From a bacterium HR30 (GTDB taxonomy: Bacteria; Desulfobacterota; Binatia; HRBIN30): a DNA stretch of 64,000 bases. The DNA lies in assembly GCA_002898795.1 (NCBI GenBank), contig BEIG01000002.1, forward strand, positions 380 to 64,379, written 5' to 3'. The translations under genes and the position numbers were made by a program. The notes beneath the pieces are model-generated. The model had not been told where the DNA came from, did no database searches, and saw only the letters and a program-made list of their open reading frames with translations. Shown piece after piece: positions 1 through 9,029 of the stretch; the first letter of the stretch is position 1, and each line of letters opens with the position of its first letter.

Positions 1-1057
1 GTCCACCTGGTGCCGGTTCGGAGTGCGCGATTCGGTGGGGTTCGCCATTCGGGTGGAAATGCGTTACCGCGGCATTCGCGCTCCTCACAAAATCAAGGCA
101 GCAGTATCGGGCTGCATTCGCGAGTGTGCCGAAGCCCAAAGCAAAGATTTTGGCCTGATCGCCACGGAAAAAGGCTGGAACCTCTACGTGTGCGGGAACG
201 GTGGGGCCAAGCCCCGGCATGCGGACCTTCTGGCCACGGATTTGGATGAGGAAACGGCGATCCGGTACATTGATCGCTTTCTCATGTACTACATCCAAAC
301 CGCGGATCCGCTGACGCGCACCAGCGTGTGGCTCGAGAAACTCGAGCGAGGCATCGAGCAAGTGCGTGACGTCGTCGTTCACGACCGGCTCGGGATTGCC
401 GCTGACCTTGAAGCCCAGATGCAACGCTTGGTCGAGAGTTATCGCTGCGAGTGGACCGAAGTGGTACGCAATCCGGAGCGACGCCGTTGGTTTCGCCAGT
501 TCGTCAATACGCAGAAGGTCCAGCCTGGCATCGGCCTGATTCAAGAGCGCGGACAACGAAGGCCTGTGGACTGGCCCGCCGACGCCTCGCTTCCGCCTCC
601 GGAAGAGATGCACCTATCGAACGGGGAGACCCTGGCCCACGCACTCCGTAACGGTAGCCGCCGGTGGGTAAGGGTCGGTCGCGTCGAGGATTTCCCGGCC
701 GACGGAGCAGGCGTGGTGCTGTACGGGCGCACGCAAATTGCCGTATATCGCTTTGCGAGTAGAGATGAGTGGTACGCTACGCAAAACATTTGCCCCCACA
801 AACGTGCCTTGGTTCTAGCCCGCGGGCTGCTTGGCGACCACGATGGGGTGCCCACGATTGCCTGCCCCTTGCACAAGAAACTTTTTGCCCTGACCACGGG
901 GAGGTGTTTGTCGGGCGAGCCCCTGACTTTGGCAACCTTTCCGGTGGAAGTGCGCGATGGTGCCGTGTGGCTTCACCTTCCCCCGGAGGAACTCCTCGAC
1001 GAAGCGCTGGCCACCGACCGTGTCGCCCTCGGCCGCTCTAGCGCTTTCGCAACGTAG
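1..1057 (+). CDS. nirB: Assimilatory nitrite reductase large subunit, C-terminal part fused to a NirD-like Rieske small-subunit domain (5' end outside window)
   Basis: ORF 23..1057 continues upstream of the window. The translation has the sulfite/nitrite reductase siroheme region (CIRECAEAQSKDFGLI...NLYVCGNGG) followed by a NirD-type Rieske domain (ICPHKRALV...CPLHKKLF). Stop TAG at 1055-1057. Confidence 0.75.
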   Translation, partial: STWCRFGVRDSVGFAIRVEMRYRGIRAPHKIKAAVSGCIRECAEAQSKDFGLIATEKGWNLYVCGNGGAKPRHADLLATDLDEETAIRYIDRFLMYYIQTADPLTRTSVWLEKLERGIEQVRDVVVHDRLGIAADLEAQMQRLVESYRCEWTEVVRNPERRRWFRQFVNTQKVQPGIGLIQERGQRRPVDWPADASLPPPEEMHLSNGETLAHALRNGSRRWVRVGRVEDFPADGAGVVLYGRTQIAVYRFASRDEWYATQNICPHKRALVLARGLLGDHDGVPTIACPLHKKLFALTTGRCLSGEPLTLATFPVEVRDGAVWLHLPPEELLDEALATDRVALGRSSAFAT

Positions 1058-1290
1058 GGGCGACCCGCCGGGTCGCCCCTACATTACCCGCCATGTCGCC
1101 CCTACATTACCGCCGGGTCGCCCCTACATTACCCGCCGGGTCGCGCCTGCATTGCCCACCAGGTCGCCCCTACATTGCCCGCCAGGTCGCCCCTGCATTG
1201 CCGCCGGGTCGCCCCTACATTACCGCCGGGTCGCCCCTACATTGCCGCCGGGTCGCCCCTGCATTGCCCGCCCGGCCCCCTAGCCGCGGT
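1054..1290. repeat. Tandem array of about 9 copies of a 23-24 bp unit (GGTCGCCCCTACATT[A/G]CCCGCCG) derived from one arm of the REP palindrome; starts at the nirBD stop codon
   Basis: Direct reading: a full REP copy GTAGGGGCGACCCGCCGGGTCGCCCCTAC at 1054-1082, then repeated GTCGCCCCT[A/G]CATT[A/G]CC(C)GCC(G/A)G units with single-base variants and no unique spacers. Generates the spurious PGRPYI-repeat ORFs 957..1283 and 1093..1485. Confidence 0.8.
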
Positions 1291-1599
1291 GTGGCAGGTG
1301 GTGAGGTTGGGGGGAAAGGGGTCAATTTTGAGAGTGGCAAGCGTGAAAGGGGCGGAGCTGAATCTGTTGCCGAGATTTTTCCGTGCTGGCGGAGAGCATT
1401 TGACAGAGGGATGAGAGGCTTGATCTTTCACTTCCCCAATATGTGGCCGAATAGTTTTTCATGCAGATACGTACCGGAAAAGTAAACAAGGTAATGTTCT
1501 GAATTGTAAGGAAGGAGCAAGAACAGGTTAGAGTGCTTTTGTCAAAAAACTGCTGACAGAAGGGCTTGCAGTCAATGCGAACATTTTTATTATCAGGTC

Positions 1600-1816
1600 T
1601 AGAAACGAATCTGTACTTTTGCCTCGCTTCCTCGGGCAGTGGTTCATGAGAAAGTAGCCTGGGAGCGGGCACAGCAGGCTCATCATGAGCTTATCGGTGG
1701 AATGAGTCGGAAGGAAATACAAGACTTTACAATTCCCCCTCTCCCCGAGCAGCAGGAAATCGCCCACATCTTGTTGCAGGCGGCGGACCGCAAGATTGAA
1801 GCCGAGGAGTTGTAGG
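1600..1816 (+). pseudogene. Fragment resembling the C-terminus of a type I restriction-modification specificity subunit (HsdS), embedded in an AT-rich islet (about 1380-1700)
   Basis: Frame-1 translation ...MSRKEIQDFTIPPLPEQQEIAHILLQAADRKIEAEEL* ends at TAG 1814-1816. The 'PPLxEQ..I' motif followed by a short helix is the conserved HsdS C-terminal signature. No start codon or N-terminal TRD. Local base composition is much more AT-rich than the flanks. Confidence 0.3.
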
Positions 1817-1872
1817 CGACGACGCGGCACGTCGCTCCGACGGACTTTACAATGGGACGAACGGGCTAAACC

Positions 1873-2487
1873 ATGCGGTACAACCCCAATAGCTGCCATC
1901 GCCGTTCGACCCGCCTGAAAGGGTACGATTACACCCAACCGGGCGCGTATTTCGTGACTCTCTGTACCCACGAACGGGCGCTTTTGTTTGGGGAGGTGGT
2001 GGACGGAATGATGGTGTTGAACCCATATGGGGAAATCGTGCGGGATGAATGGTTCAAAACGACGGCCGTACGCCCAAATGTACGATTAGAGGAAACGGAA
2101 TTCGTGGTGATGCCCAATCACATCCACGGCATCATTTGGATCACCGATGACGTCATGGTAGGGGCGACCCGGCGGGTCGCCCCTACTACCGGGCGGGTCG
2201 CCACTACCATGACGCCGCGCGGCCCCGTCCCGCAATCCATCGGCGCGATCATCGGTCAGTTCAAATCCGCTGTCACCAAACGCATCCACGCCTTACCTAA
2301 CGCTGGCGCAATCCCTATTTGGCAACGCAATTATTACAAAACATCATCCGCGACGAACGAGCCTTGAACGCCATTCGACGCTACATTGACGAAAATCCGT
2401 TGCGCTGGCATCTGGACCGGTATAACCCCGATCGCATCGGCGATGATCCGCTGACGCGGAAAATTTGGGTTTTGATGACCAAGTAGG
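1873..2487 (+). pseudogene. REP-associated tyrosine transposase (RAYT, IS200/IS605-like Y1 transposase), disrupted by an internal REP insertion and a frameshift near 2340
   Basis: ORF 1873..2367 has YDY..QPGAYFVT..., the HIHGIIW HuH motif, IIGQFKS..TKRI and IWQRNYY. The canonical C-terminus (H)IIRDERALNAIRRYIDENPLRWHLDRYNP... continues in a different frame (2344-2487). A REP palindrome (2158-2186) lies inside the reading frame and translates as VGATRRVAPTTGRV. Confidence 0.7.
2158..2207. repeat. REP palindrome (GTAGGGGCGACCCGGCGGGTCGCCCCTAC) plus a partial second copy, inserted inside the RAYT coding sequence
   Basis: Perfect 13-bp inverted arms around a 3-nt centre, followed by the degenerate copy TACCGGGCGGGTCGCCACTAC. 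Confidence 0.8.
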
Positions 2488-2911
2488 GGCGACCCAACGG
2501 GTCGCCCCTACCTGGCTGGCGCACCCGTTGACCGCACGGCCCACTGTCAGGGCACGTTCCACATGGTACGGGCGACCCGCTGGGTCGCCCCTACCGCGCG
2601 GGTTGCCCTGCCCAACGCCACCTACATCGGTTTCACTGGCGCCCCCGTTGACCCGACGGCCCACGGTCACGGTACGTTGTACGGGCGACCCGGCGGGTCG
2701 CCCCTACCTGGCTGGCACGCCCATTGACCGGACAGCCCACGGTCAGCACACGTTCCGGATTGTACGGGCGACCCGCTGGGTCGCCCCTACCGCGCGGGTT
2801 GCCCTGCCCAACGCCACCTACATCGGTTTCACTGGCGCACCCATTGACCCGACGGCCCACGGTCAGCACACGTTACGGATTGTAGGGGGCGACCCGGTGG
2901 GTCGCCCCTAC
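2484..2911. repeat. Higher-order REP array: 5 REP palindromes (GTAGGGGCGACCCnnnGGGTCGCCCCTAC) alternating with two recurring spacer types (about 58 bp 'CTGGCTGGC..' and about 90 bp 'CGCGCGGGTTGCCCTGCCCAACGCCACCTACATCGG..')
   Basis: REP copies at 2484-2512, about 2571-2600, 2691-2716, 2766-2795 and 2886-2911. Spacer A occurs at 2513-2570 and 2717-2765. Spacer B occurs at 2601-2690 and 2796-2885 (about 95% identical). This makes an approximately 195-bp REP-A-REP-B unit repeated about 2.2 times. It generates the artefactual ORFs 2465..2920(+), 2344..2670(-) and 2633..2869(-). Confidence 0.8.
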
Positions 2912-2938
2912 CCACTTTAGCGCCAATGCGCTAAGTGG
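2912..2938. repeat. Unrelated 11-bp-arm palindrome CCACTTTAGCGC-caat-GCGCTAAGTGG between the REP array and parS/mnmG; possible terminator or insulator hairpin
   Basis: Perfect inverted repeat read directly. No U-tract follows. Confidence 0.4.
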
Positions 2939-2948
2939 GCCGCCCAGT

Positions 2949-2964
2949 TGTTTCACGTGAAACA
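2949..2964. promoter_or_regulatory. parS: parS centromere-like site, perfect 16-bp palindrome TGTTTCACGTGAAACA
   Basis: Exact match to the chromosomal parS consensus (tGTTtCAcGTGAAAca) bound by ParB/Spo0J. Lies 14 bp upstream of the mnmG ATG (2978). Confidence 0.85.
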
Positions 2965-2977
2965 CGAGAGGTTGGTG

Positions 2978-4855
2978 ATGGGGCCGTTCGATCATTGCTT
3001 TGATGTCATTGTCGTCGGTGCGGGCCATGCTGGAATCGAAGCAGCTCTTGCCGCCGCACGCATGGGTTGTGACGTTCTTTTACTCACTCTGAACCTCGAC
3101 CACATCGGCCAGATGTCGTGCAACCCGGCAATCGGAGGCATTGGCAAAGGGCATTTGGTGAAAGAGATCGATGCCCTAGGCGGTGAAATGGGCAAGGCCA
3201 TTGACGAAACCGGCATCCAGTTCCGCCAGCTCAACACCAAGAAAGGGCCAGCCGTTCGAGCCTCGCGAGCCCAGGCAGACAAGGCTCTTTACCGGCAGAG
3301 AATGAAGGCCCGATTGGAAACTGCCCCGGGCGTGACCCTGTATCAAGCCAGCGTCGAGCGGCTGCTTTTGGCTGGGAATCGTGTGGTTGGCGTGGAAATC
3401 CAAATGGGCGAGCGAATGGAAGGCCGAACGGTCATTCTGACCACCGGAACCTTCCTGAACGGGCTCATCCACGTGGGCGAGCGCACGATGTCTGCCGGTC
3501 GCGCCGGAGACTTTGCTGTCCACGGACTCAGCGAGCAATTGGCTGCACTCGGCTTCACGGTCGGTCGGCTCAAAACTGGCACCTGTCCCCGCCTGGATCG
3601 CAGGACCATCGACTTCTCCCGCCTCGAGCCGCAGTACGGCGACGACCCCCCGAAACCATTCTCGTTTTCCACTGTGGCCATCACCCAGCCGCAGGTTCCG
3701 TGCTACATCACGTACACCACGCCCCGTACGCACGAGATTATCCGAAGCGCGCTGCACCGCTCTCCGTTGTTCTCCGGGCAAATTCGTGGCCGTGGGCCAC
3801 GGTATTGCCCCTCGATCGAAGACAAAGTGGTCCGCTTTGCCGACAAGGAGCGACACCAAATCTTTCTCGAGCCCGAAGGGCGCGATACGATGGAGATTTA
3901 CCCGAATGGCCTGTCCACCAGCCTACCTCTCGACGTACAGTTGGAGATGGTGCGGTCGATCCCCGGCCTCGAGAACGCCCAAATCATGAGGCCCGGCTAC
4001 GCGATCGAGTATGATTTCGTCGATCCCACGCAGCTTTACCCATGGCTCGAAACCAAACTCCTCGAGGGTTTGTTCCACGCCGGGCAAATCAACGGGACCA
4101 CCGGCTATGAGGAGGCTGCGGCTCAAGGACTGATGGCTGGGATCAACGCCGCGTTGAAGGTGCAGGGGCGGCCACCTTTCATCCTCAGCCGAAACCAAGC
4201 GTACATCGGGGTGCTCCTGGACGACCTCGTCACCAAAGGAGTCGGAGGCGAGCCCTACCGGATGTTTACCTCCCGAGCGGAGTATCGTTTGCTCCTAAGG
4301 GAAGACAATGCTGATAGCCGCCTCACTCCGTTGGGTAAGGCGCTCGGGGTGGTGAGCGAGGAAGACTGCAAGAGGGTGGAAGCCAAAGCGCAGGCGGTGG
4401 CCCAAGAGGTCGAGCGCCTTGAGCAAACGGTGCTTTATCCGACGAAGGAAACCAACGAGCGGCTTCGTGCTTTGGGAACAGCGGAGATCGTAAACCCGAC
4501 CAGCCTCGCCCAACTGCTCCGGCGCCCAGAGCTGAGTTACCAAGCGATCGCCACACTGGCCCCTCCTCCACACAAGCTCGCGGCCGATGCGGCGGCACAG
4601 GTGGAAATCGACATCAAGTACTCGGGCTACGTCCGGCGACAAGAGGAGCTCATCGAGCGACTGCGGAAAATGGAGGAAACACCAATTCCAGTCGACCTCG
4701 ACTTCGACGCGATTCCGGGACTGTCTAGGGAAGTGCGCGAGAAGCTGTCGCGGGTCCGGCCCCGCTCGCTTGGACAAGCAGCGCGCGTTCCGGGCCTTAC
4801 TCCAGCCGCACTTGCCCTCCTTTCCGTGCACCTGCGAAGGGCGGGCGTTGCCTGA
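2978..4855 (+). CDS. mnmG: tRNA uridine-5-carboxymethylaminomethyl modification enzyme MnmG (GidA)
   Basis: FAD-binding N-terminus [22 protein letters not shown] and the MnmG signature ...[22 protein letters not shown]. Start moved to ATG 2978 (RBS GAGAGG at 2965-2970) because the upstream in-frame codons are the parS palindrome. Confidence 0.9.
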   Translation: MGPFDHCFDVIVVGAGHAGIEAALAAARMGCDVLLLTLNLDHIGQMSCNPAIGGIGKGHLVKEIDALGGEMGKAIDETGIQFRQLNTKKGPAVRASRAQADKALYRQRMKARLETAPGVTLYQASVERLLLAGNRVVGVEIQMGERMEGRTVILTTGTFLNGLIHVGERTMSAGRAGDFAVHGLSEQLAALGFTVGRLKTGTCPRLDRRTIDFSRLEPQYGDDPPKPFSFSTVAITQPQVPCYITYTTPRTHEIIRSALHRSPLFSGQIRGRGPRYCPSIEDKVVRFADKERHQIFLEPEGRDTMEIYPNGLSTSLPLDVQLEMVRSIPGLENAQIMRPGYAIEYDFVDPTQLYPWLETKLLEGLFHAGQINGTTGYEEAAAQGLMAGINAALKVQGRPPFILSRNQAYIGVLLDDLVTKGVGGEPYRMFTSRAEYRLLLREDNADSRLTPLGKALGVVSEEDCKRVEAKAQAVAQEVERLEQTVLYPTKETNERLRALGTAEIVNPTSLAQLLRRPELSYQAIATLAPPPHKLAADAAAQVEIDIKYSGYVRRQEELIERLRKMEETPIPVDLDFDAIPGLSREVREKLSRVRPRSLGQAARVPGLTPAALALLSVHLRRAGVA

Positions 4856-5519
4856 CCTTAGGGAAATCGAAACCGCCATTGCCGAGCTTGCGCGCTATTG
4901 CACGGGCGCCGGATTCCCTCTTTCACCGCAAGCCCAGGCGCGGCTGCGCAGCTACACCGCCCTCCTTTTAACCTGGAACCAACGGATCTCCCTCACCGGA
5001 GCCCGTGACGCGTCGGAGATTGCCTTACACCACATTTTCGACTCTTTACACATCCTGCCCCTCCTGAAAGCGGGCCAAGCTGTGGCCGACGTTGGCAGCG
5101 GGGCGGGCTTCCCCGGCGTTCCACTAGCCATTGCGCAGCCCAATTGCTCCTTCGTTCTAATCGAGCCGCGCCGCAAGAGAGCAAATTTCTTGCGTCACTG
5201 CGCTCGCGAACTCGATTTGCCCCAGGTGATCATCGAAGAAGCCCGCGTGGAAGAGCTCTATAAGAAGTGGGACCGCTCGTTTGACGTCATCGTTTCTCGC
5301 GCCTTTGCCGAACTCGCGACCTTCGTTCGGCTCTCGCTACCATTACTAAAGGAGAGCGGCACCCTGGTAGCGATGAAAGGGCCCCGGCCAGAATCAGAAC
5401 TGGCTTCCATTCCGGCCGAAGTCACCGTGGCTGCAATCCATCGTTACCGCCTGCCGCAAAAGTGGGGGGAGCGCACACTCGTCGTCCTCGCCCGCCGAGC
5501 ACATTCGTGTTTCACGTGA
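4848..5519 (+). CDS. rsmG: 16S rRNA (guanine527-N7)-methyltransferase RsmG (GidB)
   Basis: Translation ...[13 protein letters not shown]...[18 protein letters not shown]...[12 protein letters not shown] matches the RsmG SAM-MTase fold. Start taken as TTG 4848 overlapping the mnmG stop; the N-terminal 85 aa of ORF 4587 overlap mnmG and look non-coding. Start confidence is lower than the call. Confidence 0.8.
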   Translation: MPDLREIETAIAELARYCTGAGFPLSPQAQARLRSYTALLLTWNQRISLTGARDASEIALHHIFDSLHILPLLKAGQAVADVGSGAGFPGVPLAIAQPNCSFVLIEPRRKRANFLRHCARELDLPQVIIEEARVEELYKKWDRSFDVIVSRAFAELATFVRLSLPLLKESGTLVAMKGPRPESELASIPAEVTVAAIHRYRLPQKWGERTLVVLARRAHSCFT

Positions 5520-5523
5520 AACA
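5508..5523. promoter_or_regulatory. parS: Second perfect parS site (TGTTTCACGTGAAACA; the 18-mer GTGTTTCACGTGAAACAC at 5507-5524 is fully palindromic)
   Basis: Identical 16-mer to the 2949 site. Overlaps the rsmG stop codon and lies 57 bp upstream of parA. Confidence 0.85.
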
Positions 5524-5580
5524 CTTTTCAGCCGCAGGCGCTCATGATACAGAGAAGCACACGACATTGCGGAGTGGTCG

Positions 5581-6393
5581 GTGGGCTTGGGCCGGATTGT
5601 TTGCGTTGCCAATCAAAAAGGGGGCGTTGGAAAAACCACGACGGCGGTCAACCTCGCGGCTTGCTTGGCCGGGCGTGGCTATCCGACGCTTATCGTCGAC
5701 CTGGACCCTCAAGCGAGCGCTTCAAGCGGTTTGGGCATTGTGGCTGGGGCGGAAAGCACCACCACGTACGAAGTGCTGATCCACGAGGCACCGGCCGCTT
5801 CGGGTCTTCTACGCCTTGCAAGCGGAGACCATCTTTGGCTCTTACCAGCGTCGCGCGACCTTGTTGGAGCCGAGATCGAGCTTGTGCCCCTGGTCGCACG
5901 CGAGCATCGCTTGAGCGAGGCCTTACAAGAAATTCGCCAGCAGTTTGCCTTTATCCTCGTCGATTGTCCTCCTTCACTCGGGCTTCTGACTCTCAATGGG
6001 CTCACTGCAGCCGACTCGGTACTGATCCCGGTCCAATGCGAGTATTTTGCCCTGGAAGGACTCTCCAGCCTCCGGCGCACGATTGACCTTGTCCGCCGCC
6101 ACCTGAACCCTGGTCTCGAAGTGGAGGGCTTGCTTCTCACCATGTTCGACACTCGCAATACCCTTTCTCATCAAGTAGCGGAGGAAGTGCGCCGGCACTT
6201 TCCAGGCTTGGTTTACCGCACCGCGATTCCCCGCAACGTTCGCCTCAGTGAAGCTCCGAGCCACGGCAAGCCGATTATCTCTTACGATCCCGGATCCAAG
6301 GGAGCGGTGGCCTACCAGCAGTTTTGCGAGGAGTTCCTCGGGAGAGCTCTTGGAGAGGGTAACGCAACTACCCGCGTAGAGAGGAGGGAGTAA
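5581..6393 (+). CDS. parA: Chromosome partitioning ATPase ParA/Soj
   Basis: Deviant Walker A VANQKGGVGKTTTAVNLAA; ParA-type motifs throughout. Confidence 0.9.
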   Translation: MGLGRIVCVANQKGGVGKTTTAVNLAACLAGRGYPTLIVDLDPQASASSGLGIVAGAESTTTYEVLIHEAPAASGLLRLASGDHLWLLPASRDLVGAEIELVPLVAREHRLSEALQEIRQQFAFILVDCPPSLGLLTLNGLTAADSVLIPVQCEYFALEGLSSLRRTIDLVRRHLNPGLEVEGLLLTMFDTRNTLSHQVAEEVRRHFPGLVYRTAIPRNVRLSEAPSHGKPIISYDPGSKGAVAYQQFCEEFLGRALGEGNATTRVERRE

Positions 6394-6396
6394 GCC

Positions 6397-7257
6397 ATGG
6401 ATCATCCTGTGAAGCGACGTGCTCTCGGCCGGGGGATCGGCGCCCTCATACCGGGCGCTTTTGAATCTCAAGACGGCCCTACCCAGGCGACTCCCGCGCC
6501 TCTCGTCCACGTCTCGATCCAACGCGTGCGGCCCAATCCGTTTCAGCCCCGGCAACACTTCCCGGAGGAAGAACTCGAAGAACTCGCTCAGTCCATCCGC
6601 CAACAAGGGCTGCTGCAACCGGTACTCTTGCGGCCTGTGGATGGTGGGTACGAACTGGTGGCCGGCGAACGGCGCTTTCGGGCTGCCCAGCGAGCGGGGC
6701 TCAGCGAGATTCCGGCGGTCGTACGCGAGGTGGACGACCGCACCGCGCTCGAACTCGCGTTAATCGAGAACCTGCAGCGCACGGATCTCGACCCCATCGA
6801 AGAAGCGCGGGCCTACGAGCGGTTGAGCCGGCAGTTCGGGCTCACCCAAGAGGAGATTGCCGCTCGCGTAGGAAAGCATCGCTCTACGATAGCAAATACC
6901 ATGCGGCTTTTGCGTCTTCCCGAAGAGATTCAGCGGGAAATTGCCGCCGGACGCCTAACAGCAGGCCACGCCCGAGCGCTCCTCGCGGTCGCCTCACCCG
7001 AGGAACAGCGGCGGCTTGCGCGCGAGTTCTTGCAGCAAGGCGTGAGTGTGCGCGATGCGGAGCGCCGTTCCCAACCGAAAGGCCGCCGAACGTTAGATCC
7101 CGATTGGCAGGCGGTGGAAGACCGCCTGCGCCAGCTCCTCGATACCAAAGTGCGTTTGCTTCCCCGGCGCAACGGCAGCGGCAAACTCGAAATCGAGTAC
7201 TACTCCATCCAACAGCTCAACCAGTTGCTTGCCCGCCTCGGCCTCTCTGTGGACTGA
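6397..7257 (+). CDS. parB: Chromosome partitioning protein ParB/Spo0J
   Basis: ParB box GERRFRAAQRAGLSEIPAVVRE, HTH region and C-terminal dimerisation domain. Immediately follows parA. Confidence 0.9.
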   Translation: MDHPVKRRALGRGIGALIPGAFESQDGPTQATPAPLVHVSIQRVRPNPFQPRQHFPEEELEELAQSIRQQGLLQPVLLRPVDGGYELVAGERRFRAAQRAGLSEIPAVVREVDDRTALELALIENLQRTDLDPIEEARAYERLSRQFGLTQEEIAARVGKHRSTIANTMRLLRLPEEIQREIAAGRLTAGHARALLAVASPEEQRRLAREFLQQGVSVRDAERRSQPKGRRTLDPDWQAVEDRLRQLLDTKVRLLPRRNGSGKLEIEYYSIQQLNQLLARLGLSVD

Positions 7258-7287
7258 GCAGCGGAGCATTTCATCGCTCGAACCCAA

Positions 7288-7318
7288 CGGGGCCAACGCC
7301 GGCCCTTGAGTCAAGGGT
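7288..7318. terminator. Bidirectional hairpin pair between convergent parB and the TMTC-like gene (GGGCC-aacgcc-GGCCC and CCCTT-gagtc-AAGGG)
   Basis: Two adjacent short GC stems read directly in the 50-bp convergent gap. No clear U-tract. Confidence 0.35.
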
Positions 7319-9029
7319 CGTGGCCCGTGGGCTGCGCACGCAGCGCAGCCAGCCTTGCCCGCGCTTCACTCGCAATGGCACTACCGCCGGGCGCAAAGCG
7401 CACCGCCAGCTCGTAGTCCTCCGCAGCTTCTACCCCTTGGCCCAACTGCTCCCGCGCTAGTCCTCGCTCGAGATACGCCGGGGCAAACCGCGGCGCGGTT
7501 TTCAACCACTCCGTGCACATCTCTGCCACGGCTTGCGGCCCGTGCGCGTACCGTAGCGCCTCGGCGTAACGGCGAAACACGAAGTCCGCAGCAGGGCGAG
7601 CCTCGGCCGCCGTGCGGAAGTAGCGCGTGGCTTCCGGCCAGTTTTGCTCGCGCCGAAAATGTAGCCCCAAGTTGAAGTTGGGCAGGAATCCGTCAGGATC
7701 GCCCTGGCGCACGTGCAGCCAAAACGACAAGTTGTCGCGCCAGTGCATCGCCTCGTGAAACGATAAGCCACCGAGAATCAGCGCTAGCGCGGTCGCGGCC
7801 GCGGGTATCGGCACCAACTTCCGCTCGCCGAGCCTCGCCCCAACTGCGGCAACGACGGCCCCGACACCCAGCATGGAAAAGTACAAGAAGTGATCGGCAA
7901 CGAAGGAGTACGTGAAGAAATTAAACGGCACGATCCCGAGCACTGGAACCAACCCGAGCAGGAAATGGGCTAGCCCAGCCAAGACCCGAGGTGGCACCAC
8001 TCGCCGCCAAAACCACAGAGCAAAACACCCGACGCCGACAAGCCCAGGCGCGATCCACCACCGTAAAGCCGCAGGATCGATGTTCCACTTCGGGTAAATG
8101 GGAGACAACCCAGCCGGCCAAATCACCGAGAGCACGTAAAACACGAGCGCGTTCGTGGCGATCAAGAAGCGCTCCAGCCAAGAGTAAGCGAGTGGTGGCC
8201 AGCGATCGTGCTCGAAGCGAATGGTCATCCATGCCAGGAGGGCACTCAGCGCCAAAAAGGGCACCAGGGTAAGTGCCGTTTCCTTCCAAAAAGTGCGTGG
8301 AACATCTTCCCCACGAGTCCGGCGATCTGCCCAGTCGAACAAAGCAAAGGAGAGGGGGAGCAACAAAGCCTGCGTTTTGCTAAGCAAACTTGCAGCAAAA
8401 CACAAAAAGCTCGCGGCTAACCAACCATTCGAGTTTGCCTTGCGCGCCTTCCAAAATGCGGCAAACGCCGCCAGCAAGAAAAACCCACAGAGGGCGTTCT
8501 TGCGTTCCGACACCCACGCCACCGAAGCCACTTGCACCGGGTGGAGCGCGAACACCGCACCCACTAGGAAGCTCGCGGCGGCGCTAAACCCCCACCACCG
8601 GGCAAGCACAAAGGCCATTGCCGTGCTGCCGAGGTGAAGTGCCAAGTTTACCGCGTGGTAGCCACGGGGGTCGAGCCCCCACAGCCGGTATTCGAGCCAG
8701 TAGCTGGAAAACACCAGCGGGTAAAACTGCGGGGCACGGCGATCGGTTGGGTCCCAAAAAGCCTTCCACCCATCCGCATCCCGGATCAGTTCGTTCTCCG
8801 TAACGTAAAACTGATCATCCCATCGCACGAAGTCCGCACCCAGTGTCGGCAGGTAAGCGACAACGGTCGCGATCAGCAGCAAGACCAGCCACGATCCGCC
8901 CGCCGAATCCGTGCCCGATTGCGGCTGCTCTCCTGAGCGGGCGGAGCTAGGAGGGTTGCCAGCCCGGGTTGAAGAAGAACGTTCGCTCGAGGCGCGAGAC
9001 CGGTGCTTTCGTTGTTTGCCTTTTTCCAA
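7311..9029 (-). CDS. TMTC/PMT-like integral membrane glycosyltransferase-family protein with C-terminal TPR repeats
   Basis: Multi-TM N-terminal domain with the conserved acidic loop motif (ADFVRWDDQFYVTENELI, cf. the DD/DE motif of GT-C mannosyltransferases). TPR-like helices at the C-terminus (YFRTAAEARP...AYLERGLAREQLG...AEDYELAVRF). Confidence 0.6.
   Translation of the reverse strand: MEKGKQRKHRSRASSERSSSTRAGNPPSSARSGEQPQSGTDSAGGSWLVLLLIATVVAYLPTLGADFVRWDDQFYVTENELIRDADGWKAFWDPTDRRAPQFYPLVFSSYWLEYRLWGLDPRGYHAVNLALHLGSTAMAFVLARWWGFSAAASFLVGAVFALHPVQVASVAWVSERKNALCGFFLLAAFAAFWKARKANSNGWLAASFLCFAASLLSKTQALLLPLSFALFDWADRRTRGEDVPRTFWKETALTLVPFLALSALLAWMTIRFEHDRWPPLAYSWLERFLIATNALVFYVLSVIWPAGLSPIYPKWNIDPAALRWWIAPGLVGVGCFALWFWRRVVPPRVLAGLAHFLLGLVPVLGIVPFNFFTYSFVADHFLYFSMLGVGAVVAAVGARLGERKLVPIPAAATALALILGGLSFHEAMHWRDNLSFWLHVRQGDPDGFLPNFNLGLHFRREQNWPEATRYFRTAAEARPAADFVFRRYAEALRYAHGPQAVAEMCTEWLKTAPRFAPAYLERGLAREQLGQGVEAAEDYELAVRFAPGGSAIASEARARLAALRAQPTGHDP

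Larger units (their letters stand above)
1054..2911. mobile_element. REP/RAYT locus: about 15 REP palindromes and half-REP tandem arrays flanking a degenerate RAYT transposase gene
   Basis: Co-localisation of the RAYT family transposase with its cognate palindromic repeats is the defining arrangement of REP/RAYT systems. Here the repeats cluster densely on both sides of the transposase and inside it. Confidence 0.65.

Noticed and set aside
1054-2911. Possible CRISPR array (regularly spaced direct repeats)
   Set aside because: The repeat is a perfect hairpin (REP-type). The 'spacers' are themselves repeated (two recurring types) or absent (pure tandem units), and there are no cas genes. This is the REP/RAYT organisation, not CRISPR.
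2948-2977. N-terminal extension [10 protein letters not shown] of MnmG (and the 85-aa N-terminal extension of RsmG ORF 4587)
   Set aside because: The codons are the parS palindrome itself (2949-2964). The canonical MnmG N-terminus starts at ATG 2978 with an RBS. The RsmG extension overlaps mnmG in another frame.
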